32,000 nt of DNA from Pseudomonas aeruginosa. Lineage in GTDB: Bacteria; Pseudomonadota; Gammaproteobacteria; Pseudomonadales; Pseudomonadaceae. Below are positions 22,799-31,585 of this stretch, piece after piece. The position numbers and the translations under genes were made by a program. How positions within the stretch are numbered: the first letter of the stretch is position 1; every line of letters begins with the position of its first letter. The notes under the pieces were generated by a model. That model saw only the letters and a list, made by a program, of their open reading frames with translations. It was not told where the DNA came from and searched no databases. The stretch lies in contig NZ_LN831024.1 of NCBI RefSeq assembly GCF_001457615.1, forward strand, positions 6,120,001 to 6,152,000. The letters are read 5' to 3'.

Positions 22799-22811
22799 AC
22801 CGAGAGCGGAC

Positions 22812-23852
22812 TCAGGCGCCCATCACCAGGCGGATGTCCCGCGCCAGTTCGCGGACCCGCTCGATATCGGTATCCCAGGAACACATGAAACGCGCGCCAC
22901 CTTCACCGATGAAGGTGTAGAAGCGCCAGCCGCGCGCGCGCAAGGCTTCGATCGCCGGCTCGGAAAGCTGTAGGAACACGCCGTTGGCTTCTACCGGGAA
23001 CATCAGGCTGACGCCGGGAACGTCGGCCACCAGCTCGGCCAGCAGGCGCGCGCAGCGGTTGGCGTGATCGGCGTAGCGCAGCCAGGCATCGTCCTGCAGT
23101 ACGCCGACCCAGGGCGCGGCGAGGAAGCGCATCTTCGAGGCCAGTTGGCCGGCCTGCTTGCAGCGGTAGTCGAAGTCCTCGGCCAGGTCGCGGTTGAAAA
23201 ACAGGATCGCCTCGCCCACCGCCATGCCGTTCTTGGTGCCGCCGAAGCAGAGCACGTCGACCCCGGCCTTCCAGCTCAGCTCCGCCGGCGAGCAGCCGAG
23301 GAAGGCGCAGGCGTTGGAGAAGCGCGCGCCGTCCATGTGCAGGTGCAGGCCGAGCTCCTTGCAGGTGGCGCTGATCGCCTTCAGCTCGTCCGGGCGGTAC
23401 ACCGTGCCGACCTCGGTGGCCTGGGTGAGAGTCACCACGCGCGGCTTCGGATAGTGGATATCCTGGCGCTTGAGAGCGATGTCGCGGATCGACGCCGGGG
23501 TCAGCTTGCCGACCTCGGTCTGCGCCAGCAGCAGCTTGGAGCCATTGGAGAAGAACTCCGGCGCGCCGCACTCGTCGGTCTCGACGTGGGCGGTCTCCGA
23601 GCAGATCACGCTGTGGTAGCTCTGGCACAGCGCAGCCAGGGCCAGGGAGTTGGCGGCGGTGCCGTTGAAGGCGAAGAACACTTCGCAATCGGTCTCGAAC
23701 AACTGGCGGAAGTAGTCCGAAGCACGCGCGGTCCACTGGTCGTCGCCATAGGCGCGTTCGTGGCCGCGGTTGGCTTCGGCCATCGCCGCCCAGGCTTCGG
23801 GGCAGATGCCGGAATAGTTGTCGCTGGCGAACTGTTGGGTGTGATCGGTCAT
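22812..23852 (-). CDS. ltaA: Low-specificity L-threonine aldolase (PLP-dependent), 346 aa
   Basis: MTDHTQQFASDNYSGICPEAWAAMAEAN...FNGTAANSLALA...HMDGARF...CFGGTKNG are conserved threonine aldolase blocks, including the PLP lysine in GGTKNG. ATG at 23852 has GAGG 5 nt upstream. The track start at 23894 adds 14 residues. Confidence 0.9.
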   Translation of the reverse strand: MTDHTQQFASDNYSGICPEAWAAMAEANRGHERAYGDDQWTARASDYFRQLFETDCEVFFAFNGTAANSLALAALCQSYHSVICSETAHVETDECGAPEFFSNGSKLLLAQTEVGKLTPASIRDIALKRQDIHYPKPRVVTLTQATEVGTVYRPDELKAISATCKELGLHLHMDGARFSNACAFLGCSPAELSWKAGVDVLCFGGTKNGMAVGEAILFFNRDLAEDFDYRCKQAGQLASKMRFLAAPWVGVLQDDAWLRYADHANRCARLLAELVADVPGVSLMFPVEANGVFLQLSEPAIEALRARGWRFYTFIGEGGARFMCSWDTDIERVRELARDIRLVMGA

Positions 23853-23932
23853 GTGGGCCTCTGGAACGGTTGCCGAGCCCTTGTGGGGCTCCATGCGGTC
23901 GTGCCGGCACGGGTACGTGCCGGCACAGTCTG

Positions 23933-24574
23933 TCAGGGTAGCTTGGTCAGCTTCATCTGCTCGACGAACGGCACCAGCACCTGGCGCATCGCCGTGGCGC
24001 TGCCGCCATTGGGCGTGTCGCGGGTGCTGAGGGTCAGTACGTAGCGGTTCTTGATCACTCCGCTGAGGGTCGAGACGCCCTCCTCGCCCTTGGCCGGGAC
24101 CATCACTCCCAGCGGGTCGCCCATCCGCGTGGTATCGATCAGCGGCAGGTAGTCCTCGCCGCCGAAGCGCTCGGCGGTGCCGTTCTTAAGGGCGGTCTCG
24201 CGGGTCTTGTGGAGCAGGGTCAGGTTGGTCTGGGTCATCTCGCGCAGCTTGTCCTGCGCCGCCCGATAGGCCACCGCGTCGCCCTCGGTCGGCGGCGCCG
24301 GCAGGCCGGTGTCGGTGAGGACGATCTCCAGGCGCTTGCTGCCGTCGGCAGCGCCGAAGACCACGGTGGCGTCGTTGTAGCCGCACTGGCGGGAGAGGAA
24401 GTCGTAGCCGAACAGTGGCTTGCCGGCCGGCGGCAAGGCCACTTCGAGTTCATGGCCGGTGCAGGAATCGGCCGGCAGCGCAGGCGCGGCGGCCTGCTTT
24501 TCATCGCCGCCCCCGCACCCTTGCAGGGATGCGCCGAGCAGCACGGCGGAAAGGAAGATCAGCGGGCGTTTCAT
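23933..24574 (-). CDS. Putative lipoprotein of unknown function, 213 aa
   Basis: [23 protein letters not shown] carries a lipobox (LQGC). GC3 is high. The gene is upstream of, and co-oriented with, ltaA. Confidence 0.75.
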   Translation of the reverse strand: MKRPLIFLSAVLLGASLQGCGGGDEKQAAAPALPADSCTGHELEVALPPAGKPLFGYDFLSRQCGYNDATVVFGAADGSKRLEIVLTDTGLPAPPTEGDAVAYRAAQDKLREMTQTNLTLLHKTRETALKNGTAERFGGEDYLPLIDTTRMGDPLGVMVPAKGEEGVSTLSGVIKNRYVLTLSTRDTPNGGSATAMRQVLVPFVEQMKLTKLP

Positions 24575-24789
24575 GGTGTTCTCGCAGGACGAAGAGCACG
24601 CAGTTTAGCGCCAGCCCGGGGCGTTCCGCATCGGTTGCCGATTCCCACCGCCATGTCGCAAACGCACCTCCCCGTGGCGTGCATAGGCATCTGGGCCGGC
24701 AGGGCCGGTCATACCATCGCTGGCAAAGGGACCGCGTGTCCCGTTGCAGCCATTCCGGCGCGGTTCCGGCGCCGCAGGGAGACCCAGCG
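24575..24789. promoter_or_regulatory. Divergent control region upstream of glyA1-sox operon
   Basis: A 215-bp gap separates divergent genes. It contains the tandem direct repeat TTCCGGCGC (24753-24761, 24764-24772) and the hairpin GGGAC-cgcgt-GTCCC (24728-24742). Sarcosine-responsive regulation of this operon by an AraC-family activator (SouR) is established knowledge, but the site is not assigned here. Confidence 0.45.
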
Positions 24790-26043
24790 ATGTTCAGCAA
24801 GCATGACCAGATCCGCGGCTACGACGACGAACTGCTCGCCGCGATGGACGCCGAAGAGGCCCGCCAGGAAGACCATCTCGAACTGATCGCCTCGGAGAAC
24901 TACACCAGCAAGCGGGTCATGCAGGCGCAGGGCAGCGGCCTGACCAACAAGTATGCCGAGGGCTATCCGGGCAAGCGCTACTACGGCGGCTGCGAACACG
25001 TCGACAAGGTCGAGCAGTTGGCCATCGACCGCGCCAGGCAGCTGTTCGGCGCCGACTACGCCAACGTCCAGCCGCATTCCGGTTCCTCGGCCAACGCCGC
25101 GGTGTACCTGGCGCTGCTCAACGCCGGCGACACCATCCTCGGCATGAGCCTGGCCCACGGCGGCCATCTCACCCACGGCGCCAAGGTGTCCTCCTCCGGC
25201 AAGCTGTACAACGCCGTGCAGTACGGCCTGGACACCGCTACCGGGCTGATCGACTACGACGAAGTCGAGCGCCTGGCCGTGGAGCATAAGCCGAAGATGA
25301 TCGTCGCCGGCTTCTCCGCCTACTCCAAGACCCTCGACTTCCCGCGCTTCCGCGCCATCGCCGACAAGGTCGGCGCGCTGCTGTTCGTCGACATGGCCCA
25401 CGTCGCCGGGCTGGTCGCCGCCGGCCTCTACCCGAACCCGATCCCCTTCGCCGACGTGGTCACCACCACCACCCACAAGACCCTGCGCGGCCCGCGCGGC
25501 GGCCTGATCCTGGCGCGCGCCAACGAGGAGATCGAGAAGAAGCTCAATTCCGCGGTATTCCCCGGCGCCCAGGGCGGCCCGCTGATGCACGTGATCGCGG
25601 CCAAGGCGGTGTGCTTCAAGGAAGCGCTGGAGCCGGGCTTCAAGGACTACCAGGCGCAGGTGATCCGCAACGCCAAGGCGATGGCCGAGGTGTTCATCGG
25701 GCGCGGCTACGACGTGGTTTCCGGTGGCACCGACAACCACCTGATGCTGATCAGCCTGGTGCGCCAGGGCCTGACCGGCAAGGAAGCCGACGCCGCCCTC
25801 GGCCGGGTCGGCATCACGGTGAACAAGAACGCCGTGCCGAACGATCCGCAGAGCCCGTTCGTCACCTCCGGCATCCGCATCGGCACCCCGGCCATCACCA
25901 CCCGCGGGCTGCAGGAAGCGCAGAGCCGCGAACTGGCCGGCTGGATCTGCGACATCCTCGACCACCTCGGCGATGCCGACGTGGAAGCCAAGGTCGCCAC
26001 CCAGGTCGCCGGTCTCTGCGCGGACTTCCCGGTCTATCGCTGA
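24790..26043 (+). CDS. glyA: Serine hydroxymethyltransferase, 417 aa
   Basis: [72 protein letters not shown] and the PLP-lysine block [14 protein letters not shown] are unmistakable SHMT sequence. GGGAGA precedes the ATG at 24790. The track ORF start at 24415 is a spurious extension. Confidence 0.96.
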   Translation: MFSKHDQIRGYDDELLAAMDAEEARQEDHLELIASENYTSKRVMQAQGSGLTNKYAEGYPGKRYYGGCEHVDKVEQLAIDRARQLFGADYANVQPHSGSSANAAVYLALLNAGDTILGMSLAHGGHLTHGAKVSSSGKLYNAVQYGLDTATGLIDYDEVERLAVEHKPKMIVAGFSAYSKTLDFPRFRAIADKVGALLFVDMAHVAGLVAAGLYPNPIPFADVVTTTTHKTLRGPRGGLILARANEEIEKKLNSAVFPGAQGGPLMHVIAAKAVCFKEALEPGFKDYQAQVIRNAKAMAEVFIGRGYDVVSGGTDNHLMLISLVRQGLTGKEADAALGRVGITVNKNAVPNDPQSPFVTSGIRIGTPAITTRGLQEAQSRELAGWICDILDHLGDADVEAKVATQVAGLCADFPVYR

Positions 26044-26086
26044 GCCCCCCGAAGACGGTCGGGGAGCCCGACGCGCCCCGGCCCAA

Positions 26087-26105
26087 CCCTCTCCGCGGGA
26101 GAGGG
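26087..26105. repeat. CT/GA intercistronic hairpin (family copy 5)
   Basis: CCCTCTCC (26087-26094) - gcg - GGAGAGGG (26098-26105), between glyA and soxB. Confidence 0.65.
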
Positions 26106-26128
26106 AGCAACAGTTCAGGAGCATCCAC

Positions 26129-27379
26129 ATGCAACGCTACTCCGGCTTCGGCCTGTTAAAGCATTCACTGAGCCATCACGAGAACTGGCAACGCATGTGG
26201 CGCACGCCCACGCCGAAGCCGGTCTACGACGTGGTCATCGTCGGCGGCGGCGGGCACGGCCTGGCCACCGCCTACTACCTGGCCAAGGAACACGGCATCA
26301 GCAACGTGGCGGTAGTCGAGAAAGGTTGGCTGGGCGGCGGCAACACCGCGCGCAACACCACCATCGTGCGCTCCAACTACCTGTGGGACGAGTCCGCGCT
26401 GCTCTACGAACACGCGATGAAGCTGTGGGAGGGCCTGTCCCAGGACCTCAACTACAACGTGATGTTCTCCCAGCGCGGGGTCTACAACCTCTGCCACACC
26501 CTCCAGGACATGCGCGACGGCGAGCGCCGGGTCAGCGCCAACCGCCTCAACGGCGTCGACGGCGAATTGTTGAACGCGCAGCAGGTGGCGGAGGAGATTC
26601 CCTACCTGGACTGCAGCAAGAACACCCGCTACCCGATCATGGGCGCGACCATCCAGCGTCGCGGCGGCGTCGCCCGCCATGACGCGGTGGCCTGGGGCTT
26701 CGCCCGTGCCGCCGATGCCCTCGGCGTGGACCTGATCCAGCAGACCGAAGTCACCGGCTTCCGCAAGCAGGACGGCGCGGTGATCGGCGTCGAGACCAAC
26801 CGCGGCTTCATCGGCGCGCGCCGTGTCGGAGTGGTCACCGCCGGCAACTCCGGGCACATGGCCAGGCTCGCCGGCTTCCGCCTGCCGCTGGAGTCGCACC
26901 CGTTGCAGGCGCTGGTCTCCGAGCCGCTGAAGCCGATCATCGACAGCGTGATCATGTCCAACGCCGTGCATGGCTACATCAGCCAGTCGGACAAGGGCGA
27001 CCTGGTCATCGGCGCCGGCATCGACGGCTACAACGGCTACGGCCAGCGCGGCTCTTACCCGGTGATCGAGCACACCCTGCAAGCCATCGTCGAGATGTTC
27101 CCGGTGCTCTCGCGGGTACGCATGAACCGCCAGTGGGGCGGCATCGTCGACACCACCCCGGACGCCTGCCCGATCATCGGCAAGACTCCGGTGCAGAACC
27201 TATTCTTCAACTGCGGCTGGGGCACCGGCGGCTTCAAGGCCACTCCCGGCTCCGGAAACGTCTTCGCCGCCACCCTGGCCAAGGGCGAACCGCATCCGCT
27301 GGCCGCGCCCTTCTCCATCGAACGCTTCCACAGCGGTGCGCTGATCGACGAGCACGGCGCGGCGGCAGTGGCGCACTGA
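26129..27379 (+). CDS. soxB: Heterotetrameric sarcosine oxidase beta subunit, 416 aa
   Basis: [89 protein letters not shown] precedes the ATG at 26129. Confidence 0.95.
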   Translation: MQRYSGFGLLKHSLSHHENWQRMWRTPTPKPVYDVVIVGGGGHGLATAYYLAKEHGISNVAVVEKGWLGGGNTARNTTIVRSNYLWDESALLYEHAMKLWEGLSQDLNYNVMFSQRGVYNLCHTLQDMRDGERRVSANRLNGVDGELLNAQQVAEEIPYLDCSKNTRYPIMGATIQRRGGVARHDAVAWGFARAADALGVDLIQQTEVTGFRKQDGAVIGVETNRGFIGARRVGVVTAGNSGHMARLAGFRLPLESHPLQALVSEPLKPIIDSVIMSNAVHGYISQSDKGDLVIGAGIDGYNGYGQRGSYPVIEHTLQAIVEMFPVLSRVRMNRQWGGIVDTTPDACPIIGKTPVQNLFFNCGWGTGGFKATPGSGNVFAATLAKGEPHPLAAPFSIERFHSGALIDEHGAAAVAH

Positions 27380-27410
27380 CAAAAGCCGCCCGAAGGGCGA
27401 AATCCGCTGC

Positions 27411-27432
27411 CCCTCGCCCTTCAGGGAGAGGG
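27411..27432. repeat. CT/GA intercistronic hairpin (family copy 6)
   Basis: CCCTCGCCC (27411-27419) - ttca - GGGAGAGGG (27424-27432) with one mismatch, between soxB and soxD. Confidence 0.6.
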
Positions 27433-27472
27433 TGCCGGTCAACCGGCAAGAACAGTTTCCGGAGGCTACAAA

Positions 27473-27793
27473 ATGCTGAATATCTTCTGCCCCCACTGCG
27501 GCGAACTGCGTTCCGAAGAGGAATTCCACGCCAAGGGTCAGGCCCACATCCCGCGCCCGCTCGACCCGAACGCCTGCAGCGACGAGGAATGGGGCGACTA
27601 CATGTTCTTCCGCGACAACCCGCGCGGCCTCCATCACGAGCTGTGGGTGCACGCCGCCGGCTGCCGCAAGTACTTCAACGTCACCCGCCATACGGTGACC
27701 TACGAGATCCTCGAGACCTACCTGATCGGCGAGCAGCCCAGCGTCGTCGCCGACGGTGAGAAGAAACCCGCCGTACAAGGGGAACCGGCATGA
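27473..27793 (+). CDS. soxD: Sarcosine oxidase delta subunit, 106 aa
   Basis: MLNIFCPHCGELRSEEEFHAKGQAHIPRP...HAAGCRKYFN carries the Zn-ribbon Cys/His pattern of SoxD. GGAGG is upstream. The stop overlaps the soxA start (ATGA). Confidence 0.92.
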   Translation: MLNIFCPHCGELRSEEEFHAKGQAHIPRPLDPNACSDEEWGDYMFFRDNPRGLHHELWVHAAGCRKYFNVTRHTVTYEILETYLIGEQPSVVADGEKKPAVQGEPA

Positions 27794-30700
27794 GCCAGAT
27801 CAATCGCCTGTCCAGCGGCGGCCGCATCGACCGCAACCGCCCGCTGACCTTCAGCTTCAACGGCCAGCACTACCAGGGCTATGCCGGCGACACCCTGGCC
27901 GCCGCGCTGCTGGCCAACGGCGTCGACATCGTCGGCCGCAGCTTCAAGTACTCGCGGGCGCGCGGCATCGTCGCCGCCGGCGCCGAGGAGCCCAACGCGA
28001 TCCTGCAGATCGGCTCCCGCGAAGCCACCCAGATCCCCAACGTACGCGCCACCCAGCAGGCTCTCTACGGCGGCCTGGTGGCCACCAGTACCAACGGCTG
28101 GCCGAACGTGCAGAACGACCTGATGGGAATCTTCGGCAAGGTCGGCGGCAAGCTGATGCCGCCTGGTTTCTACTACAAGACCTTCATGTACCCGCAGTCG
28201 ATGTGGATGACCTACGAGAAGTACATCCGCAAGGCCGCCGGCCTGGGCCGCGCGCCGACCGAGGTCGATCCGGACAGCTACGACTGGATGAACCACCACT
28301 GCGACGTGCTGGTGGTCGGCGGCGGCCCGGCCGGCCTGGCCGCCGCCCTCGCCGCCGCTCGCAGCGGCGCGCGGGTGATTCTCGCCGACGAGCAGGAAGA
28401 GTTCGGCGGCAGCCTGCTGGACACCCGCGAGACCCTCGACGGCAAGCCCGCCGCCGAGTGGGTCGCGGACGCCGTGGCCGAGCTGCAAGGCCTGCCGGAA
28501 GTCATCCTGCTACCGCGCTCCACGGTCAACGGCTACCACGACCACAACTTCCTCACCATCCACGAGCGGCGCACCGACCACCTCGGCGAGGTCGCCCCGC
28601 TCGGCCAGGTCCGCCAGCGCGTGCACCGCGTACGCGCCAAGCGCGTGGTACTGGCCGCCGGCGCCCATGAGCGTCCGCTGGTCTACGGCAACAACGACCT
28701 GCCCGGCAACATGCTCGCCGGCGCGGTTTCCACCTATGTACGGCGCTACGGCGTGGCACCGGGCAAGAAACTGGTGCTGGCCACCAACAACGACTACGCC
28801 TACCGCGTCGCCCTCGACTGGCAGGAAGCCGGCCTGCAAGTGGTGGCCATCGCCGACGCCCGGGCCAATCCGCGCGGCGAGTGGGTCGAGGAAGCACGCC
28901 AACGCGGTATGCGGGTGATCACTGGCAGTTCGGTGATCGAGGCTCGCGGCGGCAAGCGGGTCAGCGGCGCCAAGGTCGCCCGGATCGACCTGCAGGCCAT
29001 GCGCGCCAGCGGCGGCGAATGGCTGGACTGCGACCTGATCGCCAGCTCCGGCGGCTACAGCCCGGTCGTGCACCTGGCCTCGCACCTGGGCGGCAAGCCG
29101 GAGTGGCGCGAGGAAATCCTCGCCTTCGTACCCGGCGAAGGCCTGCAGAAGCGCATCTGCGCCGGCGCCGTGAACGGCGTGTTCGGGCTCGCCGAGGTGC
29201 TCGCCGACGGCTACCAGGCCGGGAGTCGCGCCGCCCTCGACGCCGGCTACAAGACCGCCGCCGGCAGCCTGCCGAAGGTCCAGCCGCGCCGCGAGGAAGC
29301 GTCCGTCGCGCTGTTCCAGGTGCCCCACGAGAAGCCCACGGCACGCGCACCGAAGCAGTTCGTCGATCCGCAGAACGACGTCACCGCCGCCGCCATCGAA
29401 CTGGCCTGCCGCGAGGGCTTCGAGTCCATCGAGCACGTCAAGCGCTACACCGCGCTGGGCTTCGGCACCGACCAGGGCAAGCTGGGCAACATCAACGGCC
29501 TGGCGATCGCCGCGCGGGCCCAGGGCAAGAGCATCGCCGACACCGGCACCACCATGTTCCGTCCGAACTACACCCCGGTGACCTTCGGCGCCGTCGCCGG
29601 CCGCCACTGCGGGCACCTGTTCGAACCGGTGCGCTTCACCGCCCTGCACGCCTGGCACGTGAAGAACGGCGCCGAGTTCGAAGACGTCGGCCAGTGGAAG
29701 CGGCCGTGGTACTTCCCGCGCCGCGGCGAGGACATGCACGCCGCCGTGGCCCGCGAATGCCGCGCGGTGCGCGAGGCGGTCGGCCTGCTCGACGCCTCGA
29801 CCCTGGGCAAGATCGACATCCAGGGCCCGGACGCGCGGGAGTTCCTCAACCGGGTCTACACCAACGCCTGGACCAAGCTCGACGTCGGCAAGGCGCGCTA
29901 CGGCCTGATGTGCAAGGAAGACGGGATGGTCTTCGACGACGGCGTGACCGCCTGCCTGGCCGACAACCACTTCGTCATGACCACCACCACCGGCGGCGCC
30001 GCCCGCGTACTGGAGTGGCTGGAGCTGTACCACCAGACCGAATGGCCGGAGCTGAAGGTGTACTTCACCTCGGTCACCGACCACTACGCGACCCTCACCC
30101 TGTCCGGCCCGAACAGCCGCAAGCTGCTCGCCGAAGTCACCGACATCGACCTGGACAAGGATGCCTTCCCCTTCATGACCTGGAAGGAAGGCAAGGTCGC
30201 CGGGGTGCCGGCGCGGGTGTTCCGCATCTCCTTCACCGGCGAGCTGAGCTACGAGGTGAACGTCCAGGCCGACTACGCCATGGGCGTGCTCGAAGCGCTC
30301 GCCGAGCACGGCGCGAAGTACGGCCTGACGCCCTACGGCACCGAGACCATGCACGTCCTGCGCGCCGAGAAGGGCTTCATCATCGTCGGCCAGGACACCG
30401 ATGCCTCGGTCACCCCGGACGATCTCAACATGGGCTGGGCGGTGGGCCGCAGCAAGCCGTTCTCCTGGATCGGCTGGCGCGGCATGAACCGCGCCGACTG
30501 CCTGCGCGAGGATCGCAAGCAACTGGTCGGACTCAGGCCGAGCAACCCGCAGGAGGTACTGCCCGAAGGCGCGCAACTGGTGTTCGACACCCAGCAGGCG
30601 ATCCCGATGAAGATGGTCGGCCACGTCACCTCCAGCTACATGAGCGCCAGCCTCGGCCACGGCTTCGCCCTGGCGGTGGTGAAAGGCGGCCTCAAGCGCA

Positions 30701-30807
30701 TGGGCCAGAAGGTCTACGCGCCGCTGGCGGACGGCCGCTTCATCGAGGCGGAGATCTGCTCCTCGGTGTTCTACGACCCGAAAGGGGAACGGCAGAACGT
30801 GGATTGA
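27790..30807 (+). CDS. soxA: Sarcosine oxidase alpha subunit, 1005 aa
   Basis: Rossmann motif VLVVGGGPAGLAAALAAARSGARVILADE. The C-terminal aminomethyltransferase (GcvT-like) folate-binding domain includes LLDASTLGKIDIQGPDAREFLNRVYTN. Confidence 0.95.
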   Translation: MSQINRLSSGGRIDRNRPLTFSFNGQHYQGYAGDTLAAALLANGVDIVGRSFKYSRARGIVAAGAEEPNAILQIGSREATQIPNVRATQQALYGGLVATSTNGWPNVQNDLMGIFGKVGGKLMPPGFYYKTFMYPQSMWMTYEKYIRKAAGLGRAPTEVDPDSYDWMNHHCDVLVVGGGPAGLAAALAAARSGARVILADEQEEFGGSLLDTRETLDGKPAAEWVADAVAELQGLPEVILLPRSTVNGYHDHNFLTIHERRTDHLGEVAPLGQVRQRVHRVRAKRVVLAAGAHERPLVYGNNDLPGNMLAGAVSTYVRRYGVAPGKKLVLATNNDYAYRVALDWQEAGLQVVAIADARANPRGEWVEEARQRGMRVITGSSVIEARGGKRVSGAKVARIDLQAMRASGGEWLDCDLIASSGGYSPVVHLASHLGGKPEWREEILAFVPGEGLQKRICAGAVNGVFGLAEVLADGYQAGSRAALDAGYKTAAGSLPKVQPRREEASVALFQVPHEKPTARAPKQFVDPQNDVTAAAIELACREGFESIEHVKRYTALGFGTDQGKLGNINGLAIAARAQGKSIADTGTTMFRPNYTPVTFGAVAGRHCGHLFEPVRFTALHAWHVKNGAEFEDVGQWKRPWYFPRRGEDMHAAVARECRAVREAVGLLDASTLGKIDIQGPDAREFLNRVYTNAWTKLDVGKARYGLMCKEDGMVFDDGVTACLADNHFVMTTTTGGAARVLEWLELYHQTEWPELKVYFTSVTDHYATLTLSGPNSRKLLAEVTDIDLDKDAFPFMTWKEGKVAGVPARVFRISFTGELSYEVNVQADYAMGVLEALAEHGAKYGLTPYGTETMHVLRAEKGFIIVGQDTDASVTPDDLNMGWAVGRSKPFSWIGWRGMNRADCLREDRKQLVGLRPSNPQEVLPEGAQLVFDTQQAIPMKMVGHVTSSYMSASLGHGFALAVVKGGLKRMGQKVYAPLADGRFIEAEICSSVFYDPKGERQNVD

Positions 30808-30809
30808 CC

Positions 30810-30831
30810 GGAGAGGGGCTCGCCCCTCTCC
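30810..30831. repeat. CT/GA hairpin in inverted orientation (family copy 7)
   Basis: GGAGAGGGG (30810-30818) - ctcg - CCCCTCTCC (30823-30831), a perfect 9-bp stem starting 3 nt after the soxA stop. Confidence 0.7.
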
Positions 30832-30835
30832 CCGG

Positions 30836-30857
30836 CCCTCTCCCCGAAGGGAGAAGG
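30836..30857. repeat. CT/GA intercistronic hairpin (family copy 8)
   Basis: CCCTCTCCC (30836-30844) - cgaa - GGGAGAAGG (30849-30857) with one mismatch, in tandem with copy 7. Confidence 0.6.
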
Positions 30858-30900
30858 CAGACAGGCTACCAGGGCGCGCGGCGCCCCAAGGTGAAAACGA

Positions 30901-31536
30901 ATGAGCAAGGCAAACGTCTACCAGCAACGCCCCGAACCCGGCGTCCACGCCGAATCGCCGCTGCACCATGCCGAGCTGCACAAGCTCGCCGGCAAGACCG
31001 CCGCGAAGGCCGGTATCGTCCTGCGCGAGAAGAAGCTGCTCGGCCACCTGGTGCTGCGCGGCGATGCCGCCGACCCGGCCTTCGCCGCCGCCGTGCACCA
31101 GGCCCTCGGCCTGGAACTGCCGGTGGCCCTGACCCTGGTCGCCAGCGGCGAGACCTCGCTGCAATGGCTGGCCCCGGACGAATGGTTGCTGATCGTCCCC
31201 GGCGGCGAGGAATACGCCGTCGAACAGCGCCTGCGCCAGGCCCTGGGCGAGGAGCTGCACTACGCGGTGGTCAACGTCAGCGGCGGGCAGACGCTGCTCG
31301 AACTGAGCGGAGCGAACGTCCGCGAACTGCTGATGAAATCCACCAGCTACGACGTGCATCCGAGCAACTTCCCGGTGGGCAAGGCGGTCGGCAGCATCTT
31401 CGCCAAGTCGCAATGCGTGATCCGCCATACCGGCGAGGACACCTGGGAGCTGGTCGTGCGCCGCAGCTTCGCCGACTACTTCTGGCTCTGGTTGCAGGAC
31501 GCCAGCGCCGAATACGGCCTGCAGGTAGCGGCATGA
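30901..31536 (+). CDS. soxG: Sarcosine oxidase gamma subunit, 211 aa
   Basis: Position after soxA, size, and SoxG-like sequence (LRGDAADPAFAAAVHQALGLELPVALTLVASGETSLQWLAPDEWLLIV). Confidence 0.9.
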   Translation: MSKANVYQQRPEPGVHAESPLHHAELHKLAGKTAAKAGIVLREKKLLGHLVLRGDAADPAFAAAVHQALGLELPVALTLVASGETSLQWLAPDEWLLIVPGGEEYAVEQRLRQALGEELHYAVVNVSGGQTLLELSGANVRELLMKSTSYDVHPSNFPVGKAVGSIFAKSQCVIRHTGEDTWELVVRRSFADYFWLWLQDASAEYGLQVAA

Positions 31537-31543
31537 GCAGCCT

Positions 31544-31564
31544 TCCCCTCTCCCCGAGAGGGGA
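31544..31564. repeat. CT/GA intercistronic hairpin (family copy 9)
   Basis: TCCCCTCTC (31544-31552) - ccc - GAGAGGGGA (31556-31564), a 9-bp stem between soxG and purU. Confidence 0.65.
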
Positions 31565-31585
31565 TACCGGACCCGGAGCCTCGCG

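Larger units (their letters stand above)
21443..22811. promoter_or_regulatory. 1.37-kb gene-free, reduced-GC region with a dense cluster of DnaA-box-like 9-mers (origin-like / datA-like / DARS-like candidate)
   Basis: No ORF here has coding-like composition. GC is about 56% by hand count over 21481-22800. There are eleven matches to TTATCCACA with 2 or fewer mismatches, eight of them with 1 or fewer, and 9 of 11 are co-oriented. A 40-bp tract of ~22% GC lies at 21601-21640. Confidence 0.6.

Noticed and set aside
21443-22811. Calling the DnaA-box island the primary chromosomal origin (oriC).
   Set aside because: The established Pseudomonas oriC lies in the rpmH-dnaA region. No dnaA, dnaN, rpmH, gidA or parAB genes are nearby. 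The evidence supports only a DnaA-box cluster of unknown role.
21693-22888. Five track ORFs inside the gene-free region (21693..21878, 21716..21991, 22252..22458, 22288..22725, 22700..22888).
   Set aside because: They show no GC3 bias, have Ser/Pro/Cys/Phe-rich nonsense-like sequence, overlap one another in different frames and lack SD sequences. The last one runs antisense into ltaA.
24575-24789. Glycine, THF or ZTP riboswitch upstream of glyA1, and upstream of purU at 31537-31585.
   Set aside because: I could not find the conserved cores of these riboswitch classes by eye. The purU gap (49 nt) is too short and is mostly occupied by a CT/GA hairpin.
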